DNA of 64,000 nt. It comes from Eledone cirrhosa (Eukaryota). Shown piece after piece: positions 41,506 to 54,934 of this stretch; within the stretch, counting starts at the first letter, position 1, and the number at the start of each line of letters is the position of its first letter. The stretch is taken from contig OZ024742.1 of NCBI GenBank assembly GCA_964016885.1, positions 28,706,001-28,770,000 on the forward strand, given 5' to 3'. The position numbers and the translations under genes were made by a program. The notes under the pieces are model-generated. The model was given only the letters and a program-made list of their open reading frames with translations, had not been told where the DNA came from and ran no database searches.

Positions 41506-41906
41506 TAATAATAATAATGTTGATTGTTAAACTTAACATTATTGCCCAGTTTAACACTCCACGGCATGGCGTAGAGAGACGCAACCCTATGCCGCAAAGC
41601 ATCTTGTCTGGCGTTCTATCGGTTCTGGCAATCCACGCGTCAATAACAAATGGAAAATATAATAAATATTCTAAGTATTCAGGTGACTGAAAGAATGATT
41701 CTTTAGGAGGAGTTCCCAGAGAGATTCCTGGTCCAATTTGAGCAATGGTAATTATTGGAAAGATGCTACTATCATCCCATTCTCCAATTTCCCCCGTCAA
41801 TTTAAATAAATATTAGCCTAAATTAGTGACAACGTTGTCAAATTTAGATACCAGGACCCGTTGCATAGTTATCACTATTTCTATTTATTACCTTCTCTCC
41901 TATAAA

Positions 41907-42006
<100 letters not shown>

Positions 42007-42867
42007 ATATATGTTTACGAAGCTAATCGAAGTGAATCGGTACAGCTTCGGTCGTCTCTAAAAATAAATAAATATTATATATGAGAGAGAGACAGAGAGA
42101 GAGGAAGAGATGTGAATCCAGACCGCGACGCCAAGCGGTTTCGGTTTGTGTGTGTATGTATGTATGCATATATATATATATATTTGTACACACACACACA
42201 CGTATGTATACACATATACATACACACACAATTAGTATATGTGCTTTATATATTATGTATACACCTATATGTGTGCGCGTGTGTATATTAAGAAAACGGT
42301 ATAAAAGAACCATATGCATATTTATATCATGTAAGCAAATTTCATTTGTGTGTGTGTGAGTGTGTGTTTATGTATGTGTATGGTAGACATAACTAATCGA
42401 TACTAGACCGACAACAACGCAGCTAAGAAGACTGACTCAAGTATTCGCTAGTTTGTGGCGTTTTAAGTTTTTATAGTTGATATACTCCTGTTTGTCCTTC
42501 GTTTAAATAGCAGGATTCTCTCATCTCCCTCTTGAAATACTGTCTACTACAGATTATCTGATTAGCTGCTGCAACGGAGCACACCGCTAGGTGTGTGTAT
42601 GTGAGTGTGTGTATGTGTGTGTAGGAGTGTGTGTGAGTGTGTGTGTGTGTGTAGGAGTGTGTGTGGGTGTGTGTAGGAGTGTGTGTGCGTGTGTGTAGGA
42701 GTGTGTGTGTGTAGGAGTTTGTGTGTGTGTGTGTAGGAGTGTGTGTAGGTGTGTGAGTGTGTGTGTGCGTATGTGTAAGTGTGTAGGAGTGTGTGTGTGA
42801 GTGTATAGGAGTCTGTGTGTATGAAAGTGTATATATATATATATATAGGAGAGTGTGTGCATATATA

Positions 42868-42943
42868 CAGGGTGTCTCCCAAATGTGTATCCATATATTT
42901 ATTAGAATGCTGTCGAAGTGTGTATACATTTTTGGGACACTAT
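42868..42943. mobile_element. Short Tc1/mariner-type MITE (deleted copy)
   Basis: TA-cagggtgtc ... gggacac; internal attagaatgctg matches 43394-43495 in reverse. Confidence 0.6.
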
Positions 42944-43067
42944 ATATATACACACACACACACCCACAAATACATATATTGATTGATAGATATGCTTTCG
43001 TGTATGTATGTATATATATGTGTGAGTGTGTGTGTGTGTGTGTGTGTAGATCTCGAGTAAAGTCGTT

Positions 43068-43265
43068 GGTAACCACAGTTAAAAAGGTACTCAATACACT
43101 ACTAGAGCGTAAACGTTATTTGATATAGAAGCGGCTTCTACAAGACTAGACCTGTTTCATTCGTGTGAAATCATCAAGAATATGTGTCTGTGGAAGTAAT
43201 ATTATACATTATAAAGATGTCTATAGGCTATCAACGTATTGAGTACCTTTTTAACTGTGGTTACC
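43068..43265. mobile_element. Penelope-like terminal fragment with inversion and a degenerate hammerhead (minus strand, ~43143-43190)
   Basis: IR ggtaaccacagttaaaaaggtactcaatac / gtattgagtacctttttaactgtggttacc; minus strand tTGATGA-tttcacacgaat-GAAAC; same family at 49665-49950. Confidence 0.55.
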
Positions 43266-43344
43266 CCCGTCACCACTCAGAGACTTATATAAGTGTGTGT
43301 GTGTGTGGAAAGGGAGAGAAAGAGATGTATATGTGTGCGTGTGC

Positions 43345-43384
<40 letters not shown>

Positions 43385-43393
43385 GTTTATATA

Positions 43394-43495
43394 CAGGGTG
43401 TCCCCAAAAAATGTATACACATTTCAACAGCATTCTAATAAACATTGCCTGTACAGGTAATCAAAGTGTGTATACGTTTTTTTTTAGACACCCTG
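43394..43495. mobile_element. Tc1/mariner-type MITE
   Basis: TA|cagggtgtc...gacaccctg|TA terminal inverted repeats. Confidence 0.75.
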
Positions 43496-44253
43496 TATAT
43501 AAACGAATTTATATATATATAACCACACACACACATAGATACGTCTCTCTTTCTCTCCCTTTCCACACACACACACAAACACGTGTATATATGAGTGTGT
43601 ATGTATTGTTTCGTGTATTGTACTCGAAAGTGAACAAAAAGGGAGTAGTTTTATACACGAGCATACGTTTTCAGACATGTTTTACTTGAGCTTAAATATA
43701 CCTATTTCAAACGACAATTTATACAAAAGACGTAGTTGACAATTGTTTACAAATGGTATTCGATATCTCGGCAACATTTGTTATTTGGGAATCAGTGTCA
43801 TTGGCGGTCGTTTGTCTTCCAAAACAAGAAACTGATGAAATAAATTAATAAAGGGACTCCATAAGATCTGTCAAGAGAAAACCCATTTACCTTGAGTGAA
43901 AGGTCGCAGCCAATGGTGAAATTTTAGACAATTCTAAAAAAAGGCTCGCGATTTTGATGGATAACTTCGTAGTAAAAATATTTAAAAAAAAATTTCAAAA
44001 ATATTTTACAGATATGGCTGTATTCAGTGGTGGGTGGTATTATACATGAGGCTGAAATTTATTCCCGTTTATATATATATATACATATATATAATATATA
44101 TATATATATAATATATAGGTGTGTGTGCGTGTGCGTGTGTGTGTGTGTGTGTACATGTGTGTGAGTATTACCTTCTGCAACAGGGTCCTGCTATACTCAA
44201 ATAATGTGGTACGCGCGCACAATATGTGTGTGCGAATGGATGTATACACATAT

Positions 44254-44316
<63 letters not shown>

Positions 44317-44499
44317 CATACATCCATACATATATGTATACACATACATCCATACATATATGTACGCATCGATACACACAAGCAAAATATATCTACCTCT
44401 CAGTCAGTCCTGCCTATCTGTCTATACCCTCCCCTCACCCCTGCCTGTTTATCTCAATAATCGGATCAATTTATCCATCCAAACGATAAATTCTTTTAT

Positions 44500-45115
44500 C
44501 TTCATCACCGCCATCATTACAATCATTATATAGCCACCATCATTACCAACACTATCACAATCTACACCGTTACTACCATTTATATCCTCTACACATAGCC
44601 ACCGCCATCATCGACACCACCACCACCATATACGCCACTGAAATAGCTCATCACCACCCCCACCATATACGCCACTGAAATAGCTCATTATTGCCACCGC
44701 CATCTGTCTCATCTACACAGACACCATCATCAATGCCACCACCGCCATCATCATCGCCACCACCACCACCATCATCATCATCGCCACCACCACCACCATT
44801 ACCACTATCATCAATGCCACCACCGCCATCATCAATGCCACCACCACCCCCACCGCCATCATCATCGCCACCACCACCACCACCATCATCATCGCCACCA
44901 CCATTACCACCATCATCGCAACCAGTACCACCATCATCGCCACCACCACCACTACCACCATTATCGCACTACCACCACCACTACTACCATCATCGCCACC
45001 ACCACCACCACCATCACTTATCGCCGCTATCAGACATCCTCATCTCCTTCTTCCTCATCACCAGCTTTCTTTCCCCTCTACCTCATCCTCCCCAACACCA
45101 CCACCACCACCCAGA
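44500..45115. repeat. (CAC/CAT)n low-complexity tract
   Basis: Direct reading; source of the poly-P/H ORF. Confidence 0.9.
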
Positions 45116-45359
45116 AATGAAGTGGATGTCCGTCGTTTTCAACGATGATTGTTTCAGTTGTATGATCAATAAAATAAACTGCTGATGAAATTAACGTTTA
45201 AGTGTGAGCGTTCCAGATGCGCATGTACTTGTAAAGTAATTCTCAGGGAGATCCAGTATGATACAGTGCTGAAGACTGGCCATTTGAATTACACGTACAG
45301 GCCATATGACGGGCATCCAAATAGTTTCAGTCTACACAATTACAATCACAAGGCATGAA

Positions 45360-45631
45360 CAGGGCCGGATTTAATGGGGAGCAAAGGGGGAATTATCCCT
45401 GAGCCCCGGCTGCTGGGGAGCTTACCAGTGACGACCGTAGCAATTTATTTGTACCCTCAGATGGGCTTTTTACTTTTAGGATGGCTAGCATTCTTGGATT
45501 CAATACCTGTAGGTATAACTTTGATATTGGGAGGGAGGGGTTGCTATGTATTCTAATTTTGTGTGTCTGGTGCCCCTCTCCCTCCCAAACCTGAGGTGCC
45601 CCGGGCCCTTCAATGTCTAAATCCAACCCTA
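45360..45631. mobile_element. hAT-type MITE with perfect 8-bp TSD, nested in SINE family B
   Basis: ggcatgaa|cagggccggattta...taaatccaacccta|ggcatgaa. Confidence 0.85.
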
Positions 45632-45737
45632 GGCATGAATCGACCCGTGGCTATGGTAAATGACGCCCAATATGCCATGTTGTGTAATCCAACCTGGGAC
45701 TCTACGGTTGTGAAGCAAATTTCGTAAACATTCAACC

Positions 45738-46273
45738 ATGTGGTGTCCACACATGTGGTGTCCACATGTGTGGTGTCCACATGTGTGGTGTCCTCATGTG
45801 TGGTGTCCACATGTGTGGTGTCCACATGTGTGGTGTCCACATGTGTGGTATCCACATGTGTGGTGTCCACATGTGTGGTGTCCACATGTGTGGTGTCTAC
45901 ACATGTGGTGCCCACATGTGTGGTGTCCTCATGTGTGGTGTCCTCATGTGTGGTGTCCACATGTGTGGTGTCCACATGTGTGGTGTCCACATGTGCGGTG
46001 TCCTCATGTGTGGTGTCCACATGTGTGGTGTCCTCACATGTGGTGTCCTCATGTGTGGTGTCCTCATGTGTGGTGTCCACATGTGTGGTGTCCTCACATG
46101 TGGTGTCCTCATGTGTGGTGTCCTCATGTGTGGTGTCCACATGTGTGGTGTCCTCACATGTGATGTCCTCATGTGTGGTGTCCTCATGTGTGGTGTCCAC
46201 ATGTGTGGTGTCCTCATGTGTGGTGTCCACATGTGTGGTGTCCACATGTGTGGTGTCCACATGTGTGGTGTCC
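45738..46273. repeat. 15-bp minisatellite (atgtgtggtgtcc[ac/tc])
   Basis: About 35 units. Confidence 0.95.
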
Positions 46274-46689
46274 AAACATCACGAAATAAAACAGTTGTGT
46301 TCACGACTTTCCCTATGAACAGTCACCGTTGGATCAGGGGAATGTCCCGGCCCCACTGCACTCTCCCTCTCCAGATGACCTTGTCCCCGTTGCTGTCCTA
46401 CATCGCTGTTTTCAGGTCTTCGATTTTTAAAACCAATATATTTAGTCAGTTACTCAATATAAGTCGTCCGAGGACGCAAAACACAAGAATCCATGGTCGA
46501 CATCGACAAAAGAAGACTGATAGAAGCTGGTCTTTACTTCGATAGCAGTGTCCAGTCTATCTTATCCTTCTTTCCTGAACTTTGCTGATACGAAACACAT
46601 CCTACCGGTATAGAAACTGGATACCTCTTACTTCCTGTCCCTTATATACACCATCTTGTGAAAGTACGGAGCTTAGCTGTTAGAGTGCT

Positions 46690-47980
46690 CCACTCGAGGT
46701 TGTAAGCTCCACTCGCGGTCGTCGGCTCCCCCGCGGTCGTAAGTTCCCCCCGCGGTCGTAAGTTCCCCCCCGCGGTCGTAAGTTCCCCCCGCGGTCGTAA
46801 GTTCCCCCCGCGGTCGTAAGTTCCCCCCGCAGTCGTAAGTTCCCCCCGCGGTCGTAAGTTCCCCCCGCGGTCGTAAGTTCCCCCCGCAGTCGTAAGTTCC
46901 CCCCGCGGTCATAAGTTCCCCCCGCGGTCGTAAGTTCCCCCCGCGGTCGTAAGTTCCCCCCGCAGTCGTAAGTTCCCCCCGCGGTCGTAAGTTCCCCCCG
47001 CAGTCGTAAGTTCCCCCCGCGGTCGTAAGTTCCCCCCGCGGTCGTAAGTTCCCCCCGCAGTCGTAAGTTCCCCTCGCGGTCGTAAGTTCCCCCCCGCAGT
47101 CGTAAGTTCCCCCCGCGGTCGTAAGTTCCCCCCGCGGTCGTAAGTTCCCCCCGCGGTCGTAAGTTCCCCTCGCGGTCGTAAGTTCCCCCCGCAGTCGTAA
47201 GTTCCCCTCGCGGTCGTAAGTTCCCCCCCGCAGTCGTAAGTTCCCCCCCGCAGTCGTAAGTTCCCCCCGCGGTCGTAAGTTCCCCCCGCGGTCGTAAGTT
47301 CCCCCCGCTGTCGTAAGTTCCCCCCGCGGTCGTAAGTTCCCCCCGCGGTCGTAAGTTCCCCCCGCAGTCGTAAGTTCCCCCCGCGGTCGTAAGTTCCCCC
47401 CGCAGTCGTAAGTTCCCCCCCGCGGTCGTAAGTTCCCCCCGCGGTCGTAAGTTCCCCCCGCAGTCGTAAGTTCCCCTCGCGGTCGTAAGTTCCCCCCCGC
47501 AGTCGTAAGTTCCCCCCGCGGTCGTAAGTTCCCCCCCGCGGTCGTAAGTTCCCCCCGCGGTCGTAAGTTCCCCCCGCGGTCGTAAGTTCCCCCCGCAGTC
47601 GTAAGTTCCCCCCGCGGTCGTAAGTTCCCCCCGCAGTCGTAAGTTCCCCCCGCGGTCGTAAGTTCCCCCCGCAGTCGTAAGTTCCCCCCGCGGTCGTAAG
47701 TTCCCCCCGCAGTCGTAAGTTCCCCCCGCGGTCGTAAGTTCCCCCCGCAGTCGTAAGTTCCCCTCACGTTGCTAAGTGCCACTCGCGGTCCTAAGCTCCC
47801 ATCGTGGTCCTAAGTCCCACTCGCGGTCCTAAGCTCCCATCGTGGTCCTAAGTGCCACTCGCGGTCCTAAGCTCCCATCGTGGTCCTAAGTCCCACTCGC
47901 GGTCCTAAGCTCCCATCGTGGTCCTAAGTGCCACTCACGGTCCTAAGTTCCCATCGTGGTCGTAAGCGCCACTCGCGGTA
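46690..47980. repeat. GC-rich 19-20 bp minisatellite (gtcgtaagttccccccgc[g/a]) with variant flanking units
   Basis: About 54 homogeneous units 46730-47765, then alternating ccactcgcggtcctaag / cccatcgtggtcctaag. Confidence 0.95.
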
Positions 47981-49019
47981 GCGTCGTGTATCCTTGATCA
48001 AAACATTTTATTTCACGCCGCTCCACTCCAATCAACAGACAAATATGAGTCATCCCTTAGCACAATCAATGTTATGCTGAATCTCCCTGAGAAACACGTT
48101 AAGGTCGCATGTACCTGTAGAATCCTCAACTATTTGCATGTTAATTTCACGTTCAGGCTGTTCTGTTATTCAGATAATTGAATCACTTGTCAGACACAGT
48201 GTAAGTTCAACACACATACACACACACACACACACATACACACACATACACACACACTTAGACACACTTAGACACAGACACATACAGACACACACAGACA
48301 GACACACACACACACTTAGACACACATACAGACACACACACACACACACACATACACACACACACACTCACACACACTCACACACTCACACACACACACT
48401 CACACAAACACACATACATACACACAAGCAGACATACACACACAGATACACACAGATATACACAGACAATTTCACACACTTGCAGAATCCGACAGATCGC
48501 TCGATGTAATGTAAAGGCGAGGGTGGAGATGTCTGAAAGTGTGGGGTTGGGGATATACAATATTTTTTATTGGTCACGTCTTTTGTAAGAACATCAATGA
48601 CCAATTTAATTTGAATAATCGATAGATAATATGGTGAAAGAGACACCTCCTCCTCGACGTCTCCAGAAACTACAGTTCTTTAAAGTACAGTTGTCAATGT
48701 CCGAGTGGATACGGTATTGGAATCAACAGATTGACCACTATGTGGCTCTTCAATTTGCTAAAAATAGCAACAAAATCTTCAAATGAGACGGTACAGTCTT
48801 AAAATGTGAAGGAAATATATAGGATAATGTAATACTAGAAAGGACAAAAAATGAGATGGTTATGTTTGGAATGCTTTTGGTAATATGTTATGAACCCGTA
48901 CTGAGGGAGTCGTAGGGGGGGGGGGGGTATTAGCAGAGGAGGTTTCTTGGGCATTTTTTTTAACACCTGGCTAAGCCCACCTCCTCTCCTGGTCTGGATA
49001 TAACAGATCTTCCAGAGAA

Positions 49020-49402
49020 GGATAGAGAGAGAGAGTGAGAGAGAATGGGAGTGAGGAAGAGAGTGAGAGAATGGGAGTGAGGAAGAGAGTGAGAGAATGG
49101 GAGTGAGGAAGAGAGTGAGAGAATGGAGTGAGAAAGAGAGTGAGAGAATGGAGTGAGGAAGAGTGTGAGAGAATGGGAGTGAGGAAGAGAGTGAGAGAAT
49201 GGGAGTGAGGAAGAGAGTGAGAGAATGGGAGTGACGAAGAGAGTGAGAGAATGGGAGTGAGGAAGAGAGTGGGAGAATGGGAGTGAGGAAGAGATATAGA
49301 GGAAGAATCGATCCCGGTACATATTGGCAGTATTGATGATGACAGAGGTTCATGTCTCAGTGGAGAAAAAGAGAGAGAGAGAGAGACAAAGAGAGAGGGA
49401 GA

Positions 49403-49464
<62 letters not shown>

Positions 49465-49576
49465 AAGAGAGAGAGAGACAGGGAGAGAGAGCGAGACAGG
49501 GAGAGAGAGAGACAGGGAGAGAGAGAGAGAGAGAGACAGACGAACAGACAAAGAGAAAGAAAGAGAGAGAGAGAGA

Positions 49577-49638
<62 letters not shown>

Positions 49639-49655
49639 CAGAGAGAGAGAGAGAT
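49020..49655. repeat. ~26 bp purine minisatellite (gagtgagagaatgggagtgaggaaga) and (GA)n
   Basis: Direct reading. Confidence 0.9.
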
Positions 49656-49664
49656 TCCCGAGTT

Positions 49665-49950
49665 TGGAGATAACCACAGTTGAAAAAGGTAATCAATACA
49701 TTGATAGTATATAGGCATCTTTATGTTTCATTCGCATGAAATCATCAGAAATGTCCTTCATACGATGAAACAGTTCTAATCCTGTAGAAGTAATTTTCAT
49801 ATATAATAAATATGCGCGCGCGTGAGAGAGAGAGTCCCGGGTTCAATCGGGGGTGACCACAGTAAGTAAGATACTCTACATTACTAGAATGTAAACTACA
49901 TTTTTAATATTGAAATGACTTCTACAGGACTAGAACTGTTTCATTCAAAG
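49665..49950. mobile_element. Two fragments of the 43068 Penelope-like family; hammerhead core on minus strand at ~49716-49756
   Basis: taaccacagttgaaaaaggtaatcaatac; minus strand CTGATGA-tttcatgcgaat-GAAAC; ttctacaggactagaactgtttcattc. Confidence 0.55.
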
Positions 49951-49989
49951 AATACAGAAGCCAATTCTATATCAAACATTATATATATA

Positions 49990-50455
49990 CATAATTGTTT
50001 CTACTTTTGGCACAAGGCCAGCAATTAACCAGTACATTACTGGTACTTTATTTATCGAGCCCGTAAGGATGAAAGGCAAAGTTAAGCTCGGCTGGATTTG
50101 AACTCAGAATGGCAAGGGCCGTAAATCTTTACAAGAGGCATTATATATATATATAGGGGGGGCGGTGGATTGGCAGTATCGGTAGAGGGTCGGACACTAT
50201 GCTTTGACGCATAGAGTTACGGCCCTTGCCATTCTGAGTTCAAATCGCGCCAAGGTTAACTTTGCCTTTCATCTTTACGGGGTCGATAAAATAAAGTACC
50301 AGTAATGTACTGGGTCATTGCTGGCATTGTGCCAAAAGTAGAAACAATTATATATATATATAATTGTTTCTACTTTTGTCACAAGGCCATCAATTACCCA
50401 GTACATTACTGGTACTTTATTTTATCGACCCCTTAATGCCTCTTGTAAAGATTGT
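49990..50455. mobile_element. SINE-A trio (-,+,-) including one full-length copy at 50155-50350
   Basis: Full copy has A-box-like tggcagtatcgg, B-box gagttcaaatc, core and tail gccaaaagtagaaacaatta. Confidence 0.9.
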
Positions 50456-50754
50456 TATCTAGACTACTGATAATATCACTTATATCTATATACAAACTTT
50501 AATAAGACGGTCGTTCAGATTTTTTCTATTGTAAATGCTGCTCTCATAATGCCACATGACATATTATGACTGTAGTTATATATGGATAGATGCAGACGTA
50601 CTATATATATAGATAGATAGATATAGATTTATATATATAGACCTATATATGCTACTAATTATCTAATTATCGTAAAACAAAAAATAATTAATTTGGTGAA
50701 CGTTATCTTCGCTCTAATTGATTATGATGTGTAAGATATGTATGTATGTATATA

Positions 50755-50828
<74 letters not shown>

Positions 50829-51538
50829 TATAGAGAGAGAGATAGATAGATACACATTTATATATATATATAAATACATACATACACACATATAAATATA
50901 GATACGTACACATATTTATACATGCATATATATATATATATATATATATAAATATATACATACACACATAAATATAGATACGTACACATATTTATACATG
51001 CATATATATGTATATATATATATATAAATATATACATACACACATATATATATAGATAGATAGATACACATATTTATACATGCATATATATATATATATA
51101 TATATAAATACATACATACACATATATATATATAGATACATACACATATTTATACATGCATATATATATATAAATATATACATACATATATATATATAGA
51201 TACATACACATATTTATACACACACACACACACACTTAGCTAGCTTATGAAAATTACGTGATATCTATTTAGTACTGTGTAACACTAGTGAACAGTTTTA
51301 AAGAGTAAGGTTTAAAAGGTGATTTACTATATTGATATTTCGTAATGTGGCTCTAACACATCTGTTTCTTACTTCCGGTAGACTTTCATATTGCTATCAT
51401 ACGGCTGTCACTTACATGCTTTCCCATTAGTTACCTCTCTCTTACACTATCTCCCCACCCCCCTCCCCCCATCACTATTATCTCTCTCTTTCTCACTATG
51501 TATTTATGTATTTAACACATTTTGTTTATCTTTCACCC

Positions 51539-51622
<84 letters not shown>

Positions 51623-51704
51623 TACATACACACACACCTTTCTAGCTACCATTTTTGTTCCTCCTCTCCCTCACTGCTTAGCTCTCTCTCACTCGCTCTC
51701 TATC

Positions 51705-51759
<55 letters not shown>

Positions 51760-53142
51760 CATATATTTACACACCTTTCTAACAATATCTATTAACTCTC
51801 TATTTATCCCTCTCCTCTATCACTTTATTTTTGTCTCTTTACTGAGAGTGCTAAATGTTACCCCCAAAATTACTTCAATCCCACGAGCCCCTTAATAAAT
51901 AAAACCTAAATACTTTAACTTTTGTTTCCCAGATGTAGAACATTTCATATCCGTTGAACTAATGTAGCATTTAGTTACTCTATGTGCGCCATACAATCCC
52001 ATTTCAGATCTCTTAATATCGTATCATATGATTACACATCCACATAACTATTACAGCACAGCAGTATCATAGCGTCTCCTAACAATTTAAACGCATTCTT
52101 TTTTAAATATCTAGGCATTTATTATCTTTCTAATCTCCCTCAAAACATAAGGGTATCAAGCTGAGATCCTATTATTCACAATCTCTGATGAATTGACATC
52201 TTATCAGAACAACTCATATGACGGCGGCAATGGCGGCAAACGCTTTCATTCGCCAAGACTAAAAAGGAGGCCATTGCTGTGGCTGATTAGTTAAAACCAG
52301 TAAAAGAGTAAAAGAGCAATTATTATTACTTAACTTAGCAATCTCCCATTTAACAATCTTCATTTTCTGTTCCTATATATGTATTATTAAAATGGTTAAT
52401 CCATTAGCCACATATTCATTGGTTCATCTATATTAATCTAGTGGTGGAGAAAGTGAATCTTTTTCAGACTTGCTTAGTCCAAACCCATCTTATTTAATAC
52501 TCGACTGTAAAATCCTAATTGATCTATTTATTTCGTAGTAATGAAAAATAGAAATAAAAACCATAGAATTCCAGTCGCATTTGAGTATTACGATCTTATC
52601 TGGATCTTTTCAGTATGGAGCAGAATTGTAAATTATTTATGAGAATTAAGAAATATATCAGCATCGGTGGTTTCACCAATATATGACGATCATCCTCTCG
52701 TATTCCGTGGTAAAGCCAAAGAAACACTCACAATAGGAACAAATAGCAGCTCACTCCTTCCACATTGGATTGTCTCCGCTTTCTATTAGTCCATGTCACA
52801 TTGTGTCACTCCTTCCATATTGGATTCTCTCCTCTTTCTATTAGTCCATGTCACATTGTGTTACTCGTTCCACGTCGGTCTGTCATCTCTTTCTATTAGT
52901 CCATGTTACACTCATTCCTACCACACTGTGACCTCTCTTACCAATAGTTCACGTTATACTGTGTCGTCTGCTCAATGTAAGCATGTCTTTATGTTTTGTT
53001 TTCTATCTCCTTCCTCTCATATTTCATTTCTAGCGGACATTTATCTTATTCTCTTCTTTATTTCCTATTACCAATGCACTGACCACACACACACACACAG
53101 TACTCCCTTCCACTCTAATATTATAACACACTATATACAGTT

Positions 53143-53238
<96 letters not shown>

Positions 53239-53319
53239 TATATATATATTAACTTTCTGAATACGTCTTTGTAAATTTGTAACATACATACATACATACC
53301 TGCTATATTGGTTTTGACT

Positions 53320-53555
53320 TTGAAGGATATACTTTTGCAATCCAAGAACAGGAAATCAATACAAAATACCTGATTCACAAAAGAGATAGGGATGCAGGCA
53401 AAACACCTAGATATGACAACAAATGCAGACTCAGCAGAATTTAACATCGAAGATGTTACCCATGTCATAAGCAGCTGTCCAAAGATATCATCACGGTACT
53501 ATCTACCTATGAGGCATGATGTAGTGGCCCAAAACACTATACAATTCAATCCGTA
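53320..53555 (+). mobile_element. R4/Dong-like LINE fragment (CCHC knuckle and RHD region)
   Basis: EGYTFAIQEQEINTKYL...KCRL / (frameshift) EDVTHVISSCPKISSRYYLPMRHDVVA. Confidence 0.75.
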
Positions 53556-53575
53556 GAACAAACACACATTATATA

Positions 53576-53611
<36 letters not shown>

Positions 53612-53614
<3 letters not shown>

Positions 53615-53771
53615 TAGTAACACAACAGTTGGTTCACCATACCGAGAACAATTGTTTCACCTTATCAAGTGTTCTCGGTATGGTGAACTAACTGTTGTGT
53701 TACTACTTCTACCTAACTCGTCCCATGGACTGAGTGCTCTACCACTACGGATATTACCTTCCAGTGTTCCC
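53612..53771 (+). mobile_element. Penelope-like 3' terminal fragment with short 5' inversion (hairpin 53612-53708)
   Basis: Reverse-complement homolog of 59955-60070; arms aagtagtaacacaacagttggttcaccataccgagaaca / tgttctcggtatggtgaactaactgttgtgttactactt. Confidence 0.75.
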
Positions 53772-54934
53772 TCTCTCTCGCTATATATATATATGAGTAG
53801 TTGAGTGAACAACTGGAATGCTCATCGCCGAAATTGACGGAGGTCCTGTTTATGATTGTGTGTAATAATTGTGTGCGTGAGGTTTTTACTTATACTTTCA
53901 CTATTAAATATACTAGACACTATAATGCTGACTGAGATATGTGGTGGGGTAGTGTACGATCATTTCTATACTGAGCTAAGTAGTCCATTAAATCCATGCC
54001 TTGTTTTCACGCTTGCATCACTACAGATATCAAGAAAAGCTCTCTCTTTCACTCACTCACTGTCTCTCTCTGTTTCTCCCTCTATCAATCACTCACTTAC
54101 GCACTACCCCCTCTCTCTCTCAATTGCTCAATCTTTCTCTCTCGGGCATATTCTTAAAGATATTGTTGGGATTTAATGATCTACTTAACTTATAAGCACG
54201 CAACTTCATACATTATATATTTATATATACGTATCATATATATATATGTTAACATATGCATGCGTTTTTATGCGTGTGCATGTATAATTATATATTGTGT
54301 ACAATATACATATAGACACACACACACTATATATATATATATATAGACACATAAATATATGTATATATAAACATATATATATATATATATATATATGAGC
54401 ACATATATACATACAAACACACACACACACATACATGATGTGTGTACAATTGTGTAATGTATATGAGAACATAAGCATGTTATCTATTCGTATGCCCCTA
54501 TATATATACACACACACACATACGTAAACACACACACATATATATATAATATGCATAAATACACACACATATACACATACGTATATTTGCATGCATACAT
54601 ACATATATATATAGAAACACTTATAAATTTATATATATATACACACACATACGTAAACACACACATACATATATATATATGCATAAAAACATACACATAT
54701 GCACATACGTATATATGCATGCATACATACATATATATATAAACACTTATACATAAACACTTATAAATGTATATATATATACACACAAAAACACTATTTT
54801 CTCAATGAGAGTGTGTTTTAATGTCTATATTTCAGATTTACAAAGAGAACATAACTCTTGGTAATAATGTGCTAAACTATGCCGAACATTGACTGTAGTT
54901 ACGACTCTAAACTATTACTTATGCATTTCATTAT

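Noticed and set aside
43700-43945. Possible minus-strand exon pair (acceptor ttcatcag, donor aag/gtaaat)
   Set aside because: Splice phases did not give a convincing continuous frame and the peptide is unrecognisable.
45610-46545. DTTHV / CGVHM repeat ORFs
   Set aside because: 15-bp minisatellite open in several frames on both strands.
46673-47782. 369-aa ORF (GGTYDRGGNLRPRGELTTA repeats)
   Set aside because: Stop-free only because the minisatellite strand lacks stop codons; C-run indels shift frames freely and there is no ATG start.
50155-50250. tRNA gene
   Set aside because: The A/B boxes belong to the SINE head; there is no cloverleaf and the sequence continues into the SINE core.
51880-52200. 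Very old CR1-like fragment (VLHLGNK on minus strand)
   Set aside because: Single short motif; surrounding frames too decayed to support.
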